The notes under the pieces: generated by a model | Database searches by the model: none | What the model saw: the letters and a program-made list of their open reading frames with translations, nothing else | Told to the model about the DNA's origin: nothing | Shown here: positions 50,168 through 61,470 of the stretch, one piece after another | How the letters are laid out: each line of letters starts with the position of its first letter | Position numbering within the stretch: the first letter of the stretch is position 1 | Translations under genes and position numbers: made by a program | DNA from: Promethearchaeota archaeon | GTDB taxonomy: Archaea > Asgardarchaeota > Lokiarchaeia > Sigyniarchaeales > SOKP01 | NCBI GenBank assembly: GCA_019894975.1 | Contig: JAGXNO010000015.1 | Coordinates: 1 to 64,000 of the forward strand | DNA length: 64,000 nucleotides | Reading direction: 5' to 3'

Positions 50168-50977
50168 TTATATTATAAAATATTGATTAATTTTTTCTTC
50201 AAAAGTGTTGAATGGGGTTATATCCCCGTTAAATTCTTTTAAAAGATTCTTAAATTGGTAGAGAAACTCGTCAGCAACTAAATACATGTATCTTTGAAGT
50301 AATGAGGTCATTGTTTCTACTAGAAAAGCAAAGATCACATCATTTTTAGTTATTACATAGAATTGTTGATTCCCAAAGTTAATTTCTTTTAGTTTGGCTC
50401 CTGTTTCCTCTCCAATAATTGTGTTTGAAAATGATAATAGAGCTGAAATGAAACCACCGATGTGGACTTCATGATCTGCAATTTCAGATCTATCCTTATT
50501 AATTTTGGATATATATGGACTTCCTGCTGCACCTATAATAAAGATAGCTATAATACCATCTGTTTTAGGGATTTTCACTGCTGTATCAAAATCGTCGATT
50601 ATATTTAAGACGGGTTCGTTTACCTGGAATTTCCGGTTAATTTTTTTCGATAAGAAATATAATTTTGAGAAATTTACCGAACTATTTTTTTCTTCCATAT
50701 AAATTATAACTAATATATCCTGATTGTGATTGAAATAGTGAATGAAAAGATTAAACTTCTCTAAGGGAATTATTGAGCTTCCCTGTTTTTTATGAATTAT
50801 CTCCTTTTTATATAATTCGATAACATTTTGAATGAGTGGTACACCTATACCTTTCTGGAATAAAACATCAAATCTTCCTTTTGTATCAATTTGTGAAATC
50901 TTAACCAATCCAATACCTAATATTTCCATTACTAGCGGATTTTCTCTAAAGTTTTGATGGTTTTCCATGATTATCAT
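50168..50977 (-). CDS. Hypothetical protein with C-terminal longin/roadblock-like domain
   Basis: AIFII...G.PY, IGGFISALLSFS, LKEINFG, FLYQF...FNGDITPF pattern of Asgard longin-like proteins. Confidence 0.6.
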   Translation of the reverse strand: MIIMENHQNFRENPLVMEILGIGLVKISQIDTKGRFDVLFQKGIGVPLIQNVIELYKKEIIHKKQGSSIIPLEKFNLFIHYFNHNQDILVIIYMEEKNSSVNFSKLYFLSKKINRKFQVNEPVLNIIDDFDTAVKIPKTDGIIAIFIIGAAGSPYISKINKDRSEIADHEVHIGGFISALLSFSNTIIGEETGAKLKEINFGNQQFYVITKNDVIFAFLVETMTSLLQRYMYLVADEFLYQFKNLLKEFNGDITPFNTFEEKINQYFII

Positions 50978-51578
50978 TAACTTCGTGCCTTATATTGTTT
51001 AGATTATTTATTATTTTCACATTTGAGTGGGACTAAGATTCTAATAATTTATTTTTCAAGTTTTTTGCTAATTCTCCTAATTTAATTGCCGTAGTTGTAA
51101 TCTCTTCCATAGGTGTGGTTTGTTTTTCTGTAATATAATGATTCCAAAGGCTATTTATATTAAATGTAATAATTACTAAGAAGAAATAAGATGAACTTAT
51201 AAGATCCTTTGTTCCTATAACAACCCCTCTTCCAATAAACATCTTCTTTAACCCTTAAATGGTGATTCATTTAGTGTATGTAATTATTTTTTGTGGTAAA
51301 ATTATTGTAATAATTGTATTTATTGTGCTTCTTTTTTTATGAAACTAAAGATTTTATATAAGAATTTCTATTTAAATATTTGTTGTTGTAAAATGTTTTG
51401 TACTTATGGTAAATAAAAATTATATTTAAGCATTTGAATAACTTGTCTAAAAGCTAAATGTTAATCTTGGAAACAAAAGTTTAAATAACACAAAAAAACT
51501 ATTTATGTAAGAATTTTTGAGTACAAAAACTGTTATTTTATTAACATTTGGATTTTTTGATCGGAATGTGAAAGAAGA

Positions 51579-52247
51579 TTGACATTAACCAATTCAAGCA
51601 ACAATAAAAATGGGGATTTTTTTGAAGAAGTATTAATAAAGTGCCCAAATTGCAAAGCTAGTCGTAAACTAAGAGTTCCGATAAAAATAATCAACCAAAG
51701 TAAACAGTTGACTACTATTTCAATACCTTCAGGATTTAACTGTGATCATTCATTTCAAGCCTTTGTAGATAAAAATTTCATTGTTCGAGGTTATCAAACA
51801 GTAGATTTTGAGTTTTCTCATTTAGAACTATATGAAAGCAGTGTCAATGTCTTAGTAGGTGAGGAAGACAAAAAGTCAGAAAGTAAAGACTTCACATCAA
51901 TGCCACTTTTTCAAAATATCATCCAAGTTCTAAGAGACTGTGTTGATGATAAAGAGATAATAGGAAGTGGTATCTTCAGTGAAGAAGGGAAAGTATTATA
52001 TTCATCATTACCTCAAACAACATTATTTAACACTATGAAGGAATTTGAAGTTAGAAATGAGAGAAATTTAGTGAGTGTTAAAAAAATGTACTTAGAGTTA
52101 GAGAATAGTGAGAAGTTTATTTCTAAATTCATGGCTATTGATGGAATAAAGTTCAATCTAGTGTTAATATTTTCATTTAGAGTCAAGTTTGGAATGGGTA
52201 ACTTACATCTCAGAGATATATTGAGAAAAGTGGAGAAACTGGAATAG
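51579..52247 (+). CDS. Zn-ribbon + roadblock/profilin-like domain protein
   Basis: CPNC...CDHSFQAFVDKNFIVRGYQ, then IIGSGIFSEEGKVLYSSLP. Confidence 0.6.
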   Translation: MTLTNSSNNKNGDFFEEVLIKCPNCKASRKLRVPIKIINQSKQLTTISIPSGFNCDHSFQAFVDKNFIVRGYQTVDFEFSHLELYESSVNVLVGEEDKKSESKDFTSMPLFQNIIQVLRDCVDDKEIIGSGIFSEEGKVLYSSLPQTTLFNTMKEFEVRNERNLVSVKKMYLELENSEKFISKFMAIDGIKFNLVLIFSFRVKFGMGNLHLRDILRKVEKLE

Positions 52248-52529
52248 AAATAACACAAATATCTACTTTTCGTCTCATCTTTGGTATAAACTAGTGAAAT
52301 TGTGCATTAATCCTTTTATCTTAAGAAAAAATCTACGTCTTCATTCCTAATTTAATATCTCAAAAATATGAATGGATTATAATTTTTCCCACAAATTTGA
52401 TTTCAAAATAGATTATCTGATATTTTTGTATACAAACGCATTACTGGTAAAATAAAAACGAAAAGATTTAATAATTAAAATATAATTATAATTCAAAAAG
52501 TGATTTAACAAACATATTAGTCGTGAATT

Positions 52530-52787
52530 GTGTTGTCTATGACGGATGATAAGATTGATAGAAAAATACATCTTGTAAGGGATATCTTAAAAAACATTTA
52601 TGAGATTTTGGAAATATTTAAACCTTTACTTGAAGTAATGTTAGAAATGGAAGAAGCCGAACGATATAAAAAAAATGGTGCTTTTGAAAAAGCAGCTGCG
52701 CTATTCGGTGAAATTTCTCTCTTATGTAAAGAAATTGAAAAGGATGCACCCTCACTAGACCTCTTCCTAGATAATTTAGGAAATTAG
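52530..52787 (+). CDS. Hypothetical helical protein
   Basis: 85-aa ORF with coding-like composition. Confidence 0.55.
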   Translation: MLSMTDDKIDRKIHLVRDILKNIYEILEIFKPLLEVMLEMEEAERYKKNGAFEKAAALFGEISLLCKEIEKDAPSLDLFLDNLGN

Positions 52788-52816
52788 GTTATGGGGAATA
52801 ATTAATTGTTAGCAAA

Positions 52817-52887
52817 TGCGCCCGCCGGGAATTGAACCCGGGACGCTGACTTGGGAAGCCAGCATATTACCACTATACTACGAGCGC
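52817..52887 (-). tRNA. tRNA-Gly(CCC)
   Basis: GCGCUCG...CUGGC-UUCCCAA-GUCAG...GGUUCAAUUCC...CGGGCGC-A; 71 nt, no intron. Confidence 0.95.
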
Positions 52888-53314
52888 TTGAATTATAAAA
52901 AAAGAATATTTTATAATAATTAGGGCTAGTAATTAAATCTTTTTGAATTTTAAGAACCTTTTATCTGCTATCATTTGACATCTATAAATATCTATGGAAA
53001 CCTACATTAAACAACTATAAAAACAACTCCCAAATTTTTCCCACTATAAAAAAACTTAAAAAAATGTCAATTTGGACTCTTTTTAATTTAATTACGTTTC
53101 AAATAATAGAACAAATGCGAATTTCCTCAATATTAAAACGAATAATACTATTACAATTATAGGAGTGTTATAAGAAAACAATTGTTTTAAATTTCTTTCA
53201 AAATCTTATACAATAGATTTTAAATTCCTCCATCTAAAATAATCAAAGATCCGAATAATAATTGTCAGTCCGCGACATTTAGAATATATCCTCTTCTATA
53301 AAAAATGTGATTCC

Positions 53315-54466
53315 ATGCCACGTGAAGCAAATAGCAAATCAAATGACATAGAAAATAAATCAATGGAATCATCAACCATGTATAAATTGATTTCTGAAAA
53401 TGCACGCGATTTAATCTTGATAGCTAGTGAAGATCTGATCATCGAATATGTAAATAAAAAATCCTTATATAAACTAGGAGGTTATTCCGTTGATGAAGTT
53501 CTTGGAAAAAGAGCTCTAAATTTTATACATATAGATGATGCGAAGAATGCATTAATAAAATTCTATAAAGCTTTTAATACAGAAGGTCGTGGAACAATAG
53601 AAGCAAGAATAAAACACAAAGATGGTCATTTTGTACATGTGGAAATCAATGGGAGCCTATTTCATAATGAAAAAGGTGTATCAAAAGCCCTCTTAATCAC
53701 TAGAGATATTACAGATCGGAAAAATGCTGAAAAGGATATTCTTGAAGAAAATAAGAAACTACTAGAGCTTAGTCAGATTAAAAATGAATTGATTGCAACA
53801 ACTTCACATGAACTTAAGACACCATTGAATTCTATATATGCGGCCTCACAGTTTCTTCTAAGCAATTTAAAGGATCAAATTGGAGAAGATGCTTTAAAAT
53901 TTGTAGAAATGATTCATAGAGGAGGACAAAAATTAAAGTTATTAATCGAAAATCTACTCGATACGTCTAAAATTGAATCTGAGAATATAAGTTTACATTT
54001 GCAACGAGAAAATATTTTAGAATTAACAACTAATTGTATTAACGATATAAAATATTGGGCTGATAAACGAAATATTAATATTGTTGTCGATCATCCAAAG
54101 CAAATGCATGTGTTGGTGGATCGAATCAAAATTGAACAAGTTATAACAAATCTTCTTTCTAATGCAATTAAATTTACTCTTCCTAAAGGTGAAATTCATG
54201 TAAGAATCTATGAAGAAGATCATTGGGTAAATATCTCTGTAAAAGATGATGGCATTGGTTTGACCAAGAAAGAAATTAAAAATCTATTTAAAAAATTTGG
54301 TAAAATTGACCATTTTGGAAATGGTTTCGATGTAGAAAGTGATGGGACAGGTCTTGGTTTATTCATTTCAAAAGAAATTGTAGTGCTCCACAGTGGAGAA
54401 ATATTGGTAGAATCTAAAGGGAGAAATAAGGGATCTAATTTCACTATCAGATTACCAATACTATAA
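53315..54466 (+). CDS. PAS-domain sensor histidine kinase
   Basis: PAS (FIHIDD, RDITDRK), SHELKTPL, NLLSNAIKF, DDGIG, GTGLGL. Confidence 0.95.
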   Translation: MPREANSKSNDIENKSMESSTMYKLISENARDLILIASEDLIIEYVNKKSLYKLGGYSVDEVLGKRALNFIHIDDAKNALIKFYKAFNTEGRGTIEARIKHKDGHFVHVEINGSLFHNEKGVSKALLITRDITDRKNAEKDILEENKKLLELSQIKNELIATTSHELKTPLNSIYAASQFLLSNLKDQIGEDALKFVEMIHRGGQKLKLLIENLLDTSKIESENISLHLQRENILELTTNCINDIKYWADKRNINIVVDHPKQMHVLVDRIKIEQVITNLLSNAIKFTLPKGEIHVRIYEEDHWVNISVKDDGIGLTKKEIKNLFKKFGKIDHFGNGFDVESDGTGLGLFISKEIVVLHSGEILVESKGRNKGSNFTIRLPIL

Positions 54467-54660
54467 CAAGCATAGATTATGATTTCATTAAGTTAGAATT
54501 TTAAATATTAATTCCTTTTTAATTATATAATCGCGAATAGTAAGCAATTTTATAAATCTCAAATTTTATTATTCGAGTCTTAGATGAATAACTATTGTGA
54601 ATTATAATAAGAATATCAACAGAAAATACTAAGAGACTTCAATATTCCATTCCATTTGGA

Positions 54661-55260
54661 GTGTATGGATTATTGTCAATTGCATTTGGAATTATCGGGG
54701 ATGTTTTAGCTTATATTTTTTTCCCAAACTTTAATATCTTAAGGAGAGCGGTAAGTTCATTATGCAAAGGAAAGGGTGGTCTATTTTTTCAAATAGGATC
54801 AGTAATTTCAGGGATTTTTGCTATACCTTTTGTTGTATACTTAAACAAATCATTCAATAAGGAATATGTGAAAGAGGATCTTAAAAGGAAAGCCTTAATA
54901 ACAGCACTCATTTCTTGTTCTTGTTTAATAATATTAGGGGCTTTTTGTGGATCTAATCCTATAGTTGCGGTAATACATGGAGTGTCCGCGGTAATAAGTT
55001 GGTTATTTGGATTATTTTATATTACTTTCTTTAACATTTTTATGTTAAGAGATCCCAAGTATTCCAGATCTCTTTCAATCATTGGATTTTGCGCTACTTT
55101 TTCTTTGTCTTTACTGATGATTCTTTTTTTCTTAGCATTTATTCCATCAATACGATTTTTAGTCATCATACTACCTTCTATTGAATGGATAAATACTATC
55201 ATAATAATATTGTGGTATCTTATCATTTCACTTTATACCCTCAAGAACAGGATATCATAA
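54661..55260 (+). CDS. DUF998-like membrane protein (start uncertain)
   Basis: AVSSL, IHGVSA, EWI; paralogous to the next gene. The frame is open from 54601. Confidence 0.65.
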   Translation: MYGLLSIAFGIIGDVLAYIFFPNFNILRRAVSSLCKGKGGLFFQIGSVISGIFAIPFVVYLNKSFNKEYVKEDLKRKALITALISCSCLIILGAFCGSNPIVAVIHGVSAVISWLFGLFYITFFNIFMLRDPKYSRSLSIIGFCATFSLSLLMILFFLAFIPSIRFLVIILPSIEWINTIIIILWYLIISLYTLKNRIS

Positions 55261-55308
55261 AGTAAAATCATAAATTATTTTTAAAGTGTAATTAGTAAGG
55301 TAATTATT

Positions 55309-55986
55309 ATGAGTAAAGTAAACGATTATTTTGATAAACTATTTACTAAAATACCAGGTTATGTCTTTGGAATATTAACGTTTGTAATCGGTTCCTCTGG
55401 TTTTATTATTGCCATTTTATTATCTCCAGAATATGTGATGTGGGAGAAATCTATAAGTGTGTTAGGACACCACACTGGAGGTATTTTTTCAAGATTAGGA
55501 TTAATAATTTCGAATACTATCGCAATACCTGCTTTAATCTATTTAAGCAGATCTCTGAAAGATGAGAATGTAAATGAAAAAGTTAGAAAGATTGCATTAG
55601 GAACGGGAATTTTTGTTTCAGTAATCGCAGCATTATCAGGAATCGTAACAGGTAGTGCTCAGATCATTAAGGATATACATGGCTTTTTTGCTCTTTTGAG
55701 TTGGATTGGGGGCATAATTGTTTGCTTATCTTTTGGTTTGTTAATGTTAAAAAGTTCAAAATATTCAAAATCCGCAGCAAATTTTAGTTTTGTAATAGCT
55801 GGTATTTTTGGTTCTTTTCTTGTACCTTTTTTCATCACAAATTTTTGTTCTGCTGTTCCAGATATATGTGGTTCCTTTGGAAGGCGAGTATATACAATAA
55901 TGCCTATTTATGAGTGGATTGTGATGTTTTCCATTCTTAGCTGGTACCTATTTAATTCAATTTATACTCTAAAGAACAAGTTGTGA
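55309..55986 (+). CDS. DUF998-like membrane protein
   Basis: SISVLG, IHGFFA, YEWI; multiple TM segments. Confidence 0.7.
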   Translation: MSKVNDYFDKLFTKIPGYVFGILTFVIGSSGFIIAILLSPEYVMWEKSISVLGHHTGGIFSRLGLIISNTIAIPALIYLSRSLKDENVNEKVRKIALGTGIFVSVIAALSGIVTGSAQIIKDIHGFFALLSWIGGIIVCLSFGLLMLKSSKYSKSAANFSFVIAGIFGSFLVPFFITNFCSAVPDICGSFGRRVYTIMPIYEWIVMFSILSWYLFNSIYTLKNKL

Positions 55987-56022
55987 GAACCATAAGCATA
56001 AAATAATAATAGGGATGATTCT

Positions 56023-56697
56023 ATGGAAATTAATTATTATGAAAAGAGTATTAAGATTAACGAGAAAGATGCATTAATAATCGTCGATATGCAAAATGAT
56101 TTTATACCAGGAGGATCATTACCTGTGGCGGAAGGAGATCTTATTATAGAGGAAATAAATACTACAGCTAAGAAATTCAAAAATAGTGGAGGGATTGTAG
56201 TTTTAACTCAAGATTGGCATCCAAAAAATCATCTATCCTTTGCTAGTAATCATCCAGGAAAGAGTTCAGATGATGAGTATACATCAGATAATGGGGCAAT
56301 CGGTCCGGTATTATGGCCTGATCACTGTGTTCAGAATTCTCAAGGTGCTAAGTTTCATAAGGATTTAAAAGTTGAATTAGCAAGTAACATTATTCAAAAA
56401 GGAATGAATCCTAATTTAGATAGTTATTCTGGTTTTCAAGATAATGATAAGAAATCTGAAACAGGACTTAGAAGATATTTAGAATCATTAACTATTAAAC
56501 GAATTTTTATATGTGGGTTAGCCTTAGATTACTGTTGTTATTTTACTGCTATGGATGGAATCGATTTTGGGTTTAATGTTTATTTTTTGGTTAGGTTGAC
56601 AAGGGGTATTGATTTACCGGAAGGGAATATAAAAAACGCGTTGGAAAACATGGATAAGAAGGGAATAAAAATAGTTAAGAAAGCTGATTTCAAGTAA
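56023..56697 (+). CDS. pncA: Nicotinamidase/pyrazinamidase
   Basis: VDMQNDF, QDWHP, WPDHCVQ, DSYSGF, GLALDYC. Confidence 0.95.
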   Translation: MEINYYEKSIKINEKDALIIVDMQNDFIPGGSLPVAEGDLIIEEINTTAKKFKNSGGIVVLTQDWHPKNHLSFASNHPGKSSDDEYTSDNGAIGPVLWPDHCVQNSQGAKFHKDLKVELASNIIQKGMNPNLDSYSGFQDNDKKSETGLRRYLESLTIKRIFICGLALDYCCYFTAMDGIDFGFNVYFLVRLTRGIDLPEGNIKNALENMDKKGIKIVKKADFK

Positions 56698-56737
56698 ATA
56701 ATAAAGATTTTTTTATATCATACATTTAATTCTAATA

Positions 56738-57214
56738 ATGACAAGTAAATTCCCCTATAAGTCAATTTTAATCGTTTGCAGTGTTAACACAGCACGTAGT
56801 CCTATGGCAGAAGGTTTTTTAAAAGATTTCTTCTCGAAAAATAATCTTGATATAGAAGTGAAATCAGGAGGAATTTCTTCTCATGCAAGAGATGGCATGC
56901 TCATCTCTATGGATTCAAAATTAGCAATGAAAGAAATTGGTATAATTCTCTCTGATACATCCATGTCAGTTGATTTAAAGAAACATACCCACTTGATTGA
57001 AAAAGCAGATTTAATTTTAACCCTAACGGATAAACATAGGAAAGAAATTAATAATTTCCTCAAAACAAATAACAAAAAGATATGTACAATTAAGGAGTTT
57101 GGTGGAAGAAAGGGAGATATTGAAGATCCTAGTATGAAAGAAGAACTTTTTAGTAAAGTTAGAGATGAAATTATAGATAATTTAACAGAAGGTTTAAACA
57201 AATACTCTTTTTAG
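56738..57214 (+). CDS. Low-molecular-weight protein phosphatase / ArsC family
   Basis: P-loop VCSVNTARSPMAE; DIEDP. Confidence 0.88.
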   Translation: MTSKFPYKSILIVCSVNTARSPMAEGFLKDFFSKNNLDIEVKSGGISSHARDGMLISMDSKLAMKEIGIILSDTSMSVDLKKHTHLIEKADLILTLTDKHRKEINNFLKTNNKKICTIKEFGGRKGDIEDPSMKEELFSKVRDEIIDNLTEGLNKYSF

Positions 57215-57217
57215 ATC

Positions 57218-58063
57218 ATGATTGAATATATCATAATTGCTATACTTCAAGGTATTTTTGAATGGCTTCCTATCTCAAGTTCAGGACAAACTATGATTAT
57301 TTCTACCAATTTATTCGGAATTTCTCCTGAGAATGCTTTTAGTCTCGCTATTTGGTTACATTTTGGTACGATGTTTGCAGTCTTAATAAAGTTTAGAGGA
57401 GATTTCTTTGGGATAATAAAAAGTTTAATACATAAAGGCACTACTATAGAAGAAATTGACATCAAAAAGAGGAATTGGTTAATTTTTGCTACGATTGGAA
57501 CCGGGGTAACAGCTTTACCTCTTTACTTCATTTTTAAAATAGTATTTCTTGATGTCTTTTCGGCTAAACAAGGAGATATAATAACCCTTTTCATTTCAGG
57601 CTTATTAATCCTTACAGGGATAATAATAATTAAAACAAGAAAAGTATATGGTAATTCTAAAATAATTACTACATCTAAAAAGAAGATACAAAAAGATAGC
57701 ACCTTATCAGGTCTTATCCAAGGCATATCGATATTGCCAGGCGTCTCTCGCTCTGGAGTTACAGTTTCAACTATTTTACTTGAGAAATATGAACAAAAAG
57801 ATGCACTTAGATTGAGTTTTTTGATGTCTGTTCCTGTTGTTATCGCTTCAATTATTGTGGATATAATATTTGGTGAAGGTTCAATTTTTGGGACATTAGA
57901 CTTAATTACCATTATAATAACTACGTTAATTAGTTTTATTATCGGATATGCTACAATTGAATTATTACTAAAATTAGCTAGTAAAATTAACTTTGGTTAT
58001 TTCTGCATTGTATATGGCGTAATTGCTTACGCGGTTATTATTCCTTTTATGATAATTCCTTAA
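57218..58063 (+). CDS. uppP: Undecaprenyl-diphosphatase (BacA family)
   Basis: QGIFEWLPISSSG, LHFGT, PGVSRSG, SFLMSVP. Confidence 0.93.
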   Translation: MIEYIIIAILQGIFEWLPISSSGQTMIISTNLFGISPENAFSLAIWLHFGTMFAVLIKFRGDFFGIIKSLIHKGTTIEEIDIKKRNWLIFATIGTGVTALPLYFIFKIVFLDVFSAKQGDIITLFISGLLILTGIIIIKTRKVYGNSKIITTSKKKIQKDSTLSGLIQGISILPGVSRSGVTVSTILLEKYEQKDALRLSFLMSVPVVIASIIVDIIFGEGSIFGTLDLITIIITTLISFIIGYATIELLLKLASKINFGYFCIVYGVIAYAVIIPFMIIP

Positions 58064-58956
58064 AGAGTTAAAATGTGACCTTTAATAAATTCACTTAAGA
58101 CATTCTCTATTTTAGGTATTCCTTTAAAACTTGGAAAATCATTCAAATCAATTAAGTATAATTCTTTTTGATTCAGAGGTTTAACTAAGTCAAAACCAAA
58201 AATTCTGAGATTTAACTCTTTTGATAATATTTGTGATAATTGTACAATATCTTCTGTAATTTCAAATTCTTCTCGTTCGAGCTGGCTAACATCGATGTTT
58301 TCTGGTTTTTCCCTTAAATAAATGTAAATTGGATTTTCTCTTTTAATACCGTAAACCTTGTCTCCAATTACATAAACTTTCCGTTCAAAACCATCGCATG
58401 GAATGAATTCTTGGATATATACATCATAGTATAAGAATTGTTTATACATTTTACAAAATTTGTCAACTTCCTCAATATTTTGAACTAGAAAATTAAACCG
58501 ATTGTATTTATCATGTTGGTAATGACTTTTAATAACAATAGGTAATTTTGATAAAGCCCATTCTTTAAATTTGGTTACATCCGATAAAGTCTGGTTCCAT
58601 GAGTTAGGCATTAAGAAGTTCTGTAATTTTTGTTTATGATCTGCTAGTGCTTTCCTTAATGCATAATCAAGAGCAATTTTATTCTTACATAACAAAACAG
58701 TATCCACATTATGGAGTGTTGGGATGTTATAAAGCTTAGCAAAATGTAATAAATCTATTGAACATTCGTTTCTAACCTTTAATATTATCATATCTACTTT
58801 TTTGAAGGATGTTGGCATATCTGCAAGACTAAAAAACTCATTTTGAGGATCATGGAGGATTATCTCGAAATCTTCAATTTGTTTTAAATTAGTAATAAGT
58901 TGTGAAATTACTTCATGATCTTGTCGTGCTGAGAAAATAATTTTTCTTTTTGTCAT
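58060..58956 (-). CDS. ATP-grasp inositol phosphate kinase (ITPK1-like) 1
   Basis: YIQEFI, KVYVIGD, IFGFDLV, LIDLNDFPSF. Confidence 0.75.
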   Translation of the reverse strand: MTKRKIIFSARQDHEVISQLITNLKQIEDFEIILHDPQNEFFSLADMPTSFKKVDMIILKVRNECSIDLLHFAKLYNIPTLHNVDTVLLCKNKIALDYALRKALADHKQKLQNFLMPNSWNQTLSDVTKFKEWALSKLPIVIKSHYQHDKYNRFNFLVQNIEEVDKFCKMYKQFLYYDVYIQEFIPCDGFERKVYVIGDKVYGIKRENPIYIYLREKPENIDVSQLEREEFEITEDIVQLSQILSKELNLRIFGFDLVKPLNQKELYLIDLNDFPSFKGIPKIENVLSEFIKGHILTL

Positions 58957-59197
58957 AGTAATCAGTTTAATTATTACTGAATATACTTAAGTTTATTCTT
59001 TTAACCGCTTTCTTATCCTAGATAGTTATTGATTTTAAAATATTCCTACTCCTTTTCACATAAAACCTTTTTTTTAAAGTATTGAATAGTTAAATATTAA
59101 AAAATTTAATAATATTAATCAATCTTTTTAATTAGTTAACGGATCTATTCATTATTTCAAAATAATTTAAATATTATAATTTTATATTGAAAATATC

Positions 59198-60289
59198 ATG
59201 GGGAATAAAATTAATTGTGCGATCATAGGAGTAGGAGACGTAGCAAGCGCATTAGTTCAAGGGGTAGAAAATTATAAAAAAAATCCCGACAAAATAATAG
59301 GGATCTTACCAGAAATTACCCAATATAGCATACATGATATAAATTTTGTTTTAGGAATTGATGTAAATTCAAATAAAGTTGGTAAAGATTTAAGTGAGGC
59401 AATTTTTGCTGAACCTAATTGTAATATGAGACTTTTTAATCCAAGTAAATTGAATGCTCCTGTAATCAAGGGACCTATAATGGATGGATTAGATAGTAAC
59501 ATTAAGAATATTATACCTGTTGAAGAAACTCAAAAACCAGCAGATATAATGAAAGAATTAAAAGATAGAAATGTGGATGTTACAATTATTTTACTCCCCA
59601 CTGGGGCGCATAACGCTGTTAAATTTCATGTTATGAATGCAATCGAAGCAAGTTCATGTGTAGTAAATGGAATGCCTTCTCCCGTTGTTCATGATTCAGA
59701 AATTGTAAAAAAGGCTGAAGATCAAAAAATATCACTAATCGGAGATGATGTTAAATCTCAGATAGGTGCAACTATAATCCATAGAGCTTTGACTAATCTT
59801 TTTCCAATGAGAGGGGCAATCTTGGACAGAACAATCCAATTAGATTGGGGTGGATGTAGCGATTTTTGTAATTTACTAAGTCCTATGCCTAATGGGGAAC
59901 TAAGATATGAACAAGGTAAGAGAAAGTCAAAAACCGAGTCAGTCATAGCTAACCTTCCAAATAAGGATGAAGTTCAGTGCCAAATTTCTGCTGTGGATTA
60001 TATCCCATTTTTAAAAAACCAAAAAGAAGCTTATATGAGATTGGAAGGTAGAATATTTGGAGGAGCTCCTGTGAGAGTTGACATTACTATGTTTGTGGAA
60101 GATGGTAATAATTCAGCTGGAATTATAGCTGATTGTATTAGGGTTAGTAAAATTGCAAAAGATAGAAAGATTGGAGGTGTGCTTCATTCAGCTAGCTCCT
60201 TCTTTACTAAACATCCTCCTAAACAATTAGAAGACTATATTGCTAAAAAAGAACTTGTAGAATTCATTAAAGGAAATAGGAATAATTAA
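59198..60289 (+). CDS. ino1: myo-inositol-1-phosphate synthase
   Basis: GVGDVASALVQG, IGDDVKSQIGAT, DFCNL, KSKT, NSAG, FTKHPP. Confidence 0.93.
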   Translation: MGNKINCAIIGVGDVASALVQGVENYKKNPDKIIGILPEITQYSIHDINFVLGIDVNSNKVGKDLSEAIFAEPNCNMRLFNPSKLNAPVIKGPIMDGLDSNIKNIIPVEETQKPADIMKELKDRNVDVTIILLPTGAHNAVKFHVMNAIEASSCVVNGMPSPVVHDSEIVKKAEDQKISLIGDDVKSQIGATIIHRALTNLFPMRGAILDRTIQLDWGGCSDFCNLLSPMPNGELRYEQGKRKSKTESVIANLPNKDEVQCQISAVDYIPFLKNQKEAYMRLEGRIFGGAPVRVDITMFVEDGNNSAGIIADCIRVSKIAKDRKIGGVLHSASSFFTKHPPKQLEDYIAKKELVEFIKGNRNN

Positions 60290-60307
60290 TTTTAAGTATA
60301 AAATCAC

Positions 60308-61222
60308 TCAACCATGTACCTTGACAGATGCTTTATACGTTTGTCCTCTTACAAAGAGGATGTTATAGATGTAATCTGAAATTAAACTTACAGCTTCTGG
60401 AATACTTCTAAAACTTGGAAAATCATTAACATCAACGATATAACGGATTCCATCATTAGTAATAATGTAATCAATGCCAAAAATAGCCATACCTAATTTT
60501 CTACCTAGACGTAACACTCTTCTTTTAAACTGTTTCTCAACTGGGGCTCTCATATGAATAAGGTCAAGTGGAGATAAATCATTTCTTTCTTGTAATCGAT
60601 TGTGAGAAGTTATAGAGCCAACCCAACGATCAATGACATATATTTTATAAACTAAATCAAACTCACCTATATATTCTTGGAAAAATAGATTGCTATTCTT
60701 GAATTCCGCAGTTAGTTTTTCAAATTGGTCCAGATTTTCTGCAATTCCAAGAATCCTATCATTTTTGGGAAGAGAGGGGACATTATGTGTGTCTATTTTA
60801 ATAATAATGTTCTTACCATTTTTACATGCTTCATAAGCTTCATTAAAAGTAGGATAAATTTGAGGTGTGTACAGTTTTTTACATTTCTGATTAATAAACT
60901 GAATAGTATTCTTTCTACTTTCACAAATTTTAACAGAGTTTAAACTGTTTAGCACAGGGATATTTGGTGCATATAAATTTAGAGCATCGTAGATAATTTG
61001 ATTTGATGCTTCAGAGTATAATTTCACAATAATTAAAGAAATTGGATACTTCTTTAATCTTTTTTTGAAATATTTTACATTGAATTTATCTGAGCCACTT
61101 TTAAAAAGGTTTACAATAGATATATTATAGTTTTTACTACAGAATTTCTTGATCTCCTGAAAAATCTCAAGGTCACGATTACAAATAGCACCAACATAAA
61201 TTCTATAGAGCTTATTTGACAT
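60308..61222 (-). CDS. ATP-grasp inositol phosphate kinase (ITPK1-like) 2
   Basis: FQEYI, YKIYVID, IFGIDYI, IVDVNDFPSF. Confidence 0.75.
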   Translation of the reverse strand: MSNKLYRIYVGAICNRDLEIFQEIKKFCSKNYNISIVNLFKSGSDKFNVKYFKKRLKKYPISLIIVKLYSEASNQIIYDALNLYAPNIPVLNSLNSVKICESRKNTIQFINQKCKKLYTPQIYPTFNEAYEACKNGKNIIIKIDTHNVPSLPKNDRILGIAENLDQFEKLTAEFKNSNLFFQEYIGEFDLVYKIYVIDRWVGSITSHNRLQERNDLSPLDLIHMRAPVEKQFKRRVLRLGRKLGMAIFGIDYIITNDGIRYIVDVNDFPSFRSIPEAVSLISDYIYNILFVRGQTYKASVKVHG

Positions 61223-61470
61223 AGTAAAAACCCTATTATTTTGTTAAAATATGAATAAATTATGATATATAAATATATTGATTGATTAATTGAGATTTAG
61301 GTGATGATTTTAAGAAAATCATTTTTATGTTTCTCATAGATTAGATTTATATTTCAGTTCTATATTAAATAATTGTTAATTTGATAAGAATTGGATTTAA
61401 ATTGAGTAATTTTTAATAATTTAATAAAACACAGATAAATTTCTTATATAAACCTTCTAGGGTAAATTTT

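Noticed and set aside
51033-51242. 69-aa ORF upstream of the che cluster
   Set aside because: No recognisable motifs or clear start; may be spurious
52817-52887. tRNA-Gly (or tRNA-Gln) as the integration site of an island
   Set aside because: No integrase and no duplicated tRNA 3' end seen in the window
54584-54660. Possible frameshifted N-terminus of the first DUF998-like gene
   Set aside because: Upstream ATG/GTG codons are out of frame, but an alternative start cannot be excluded; the evidence is too weak
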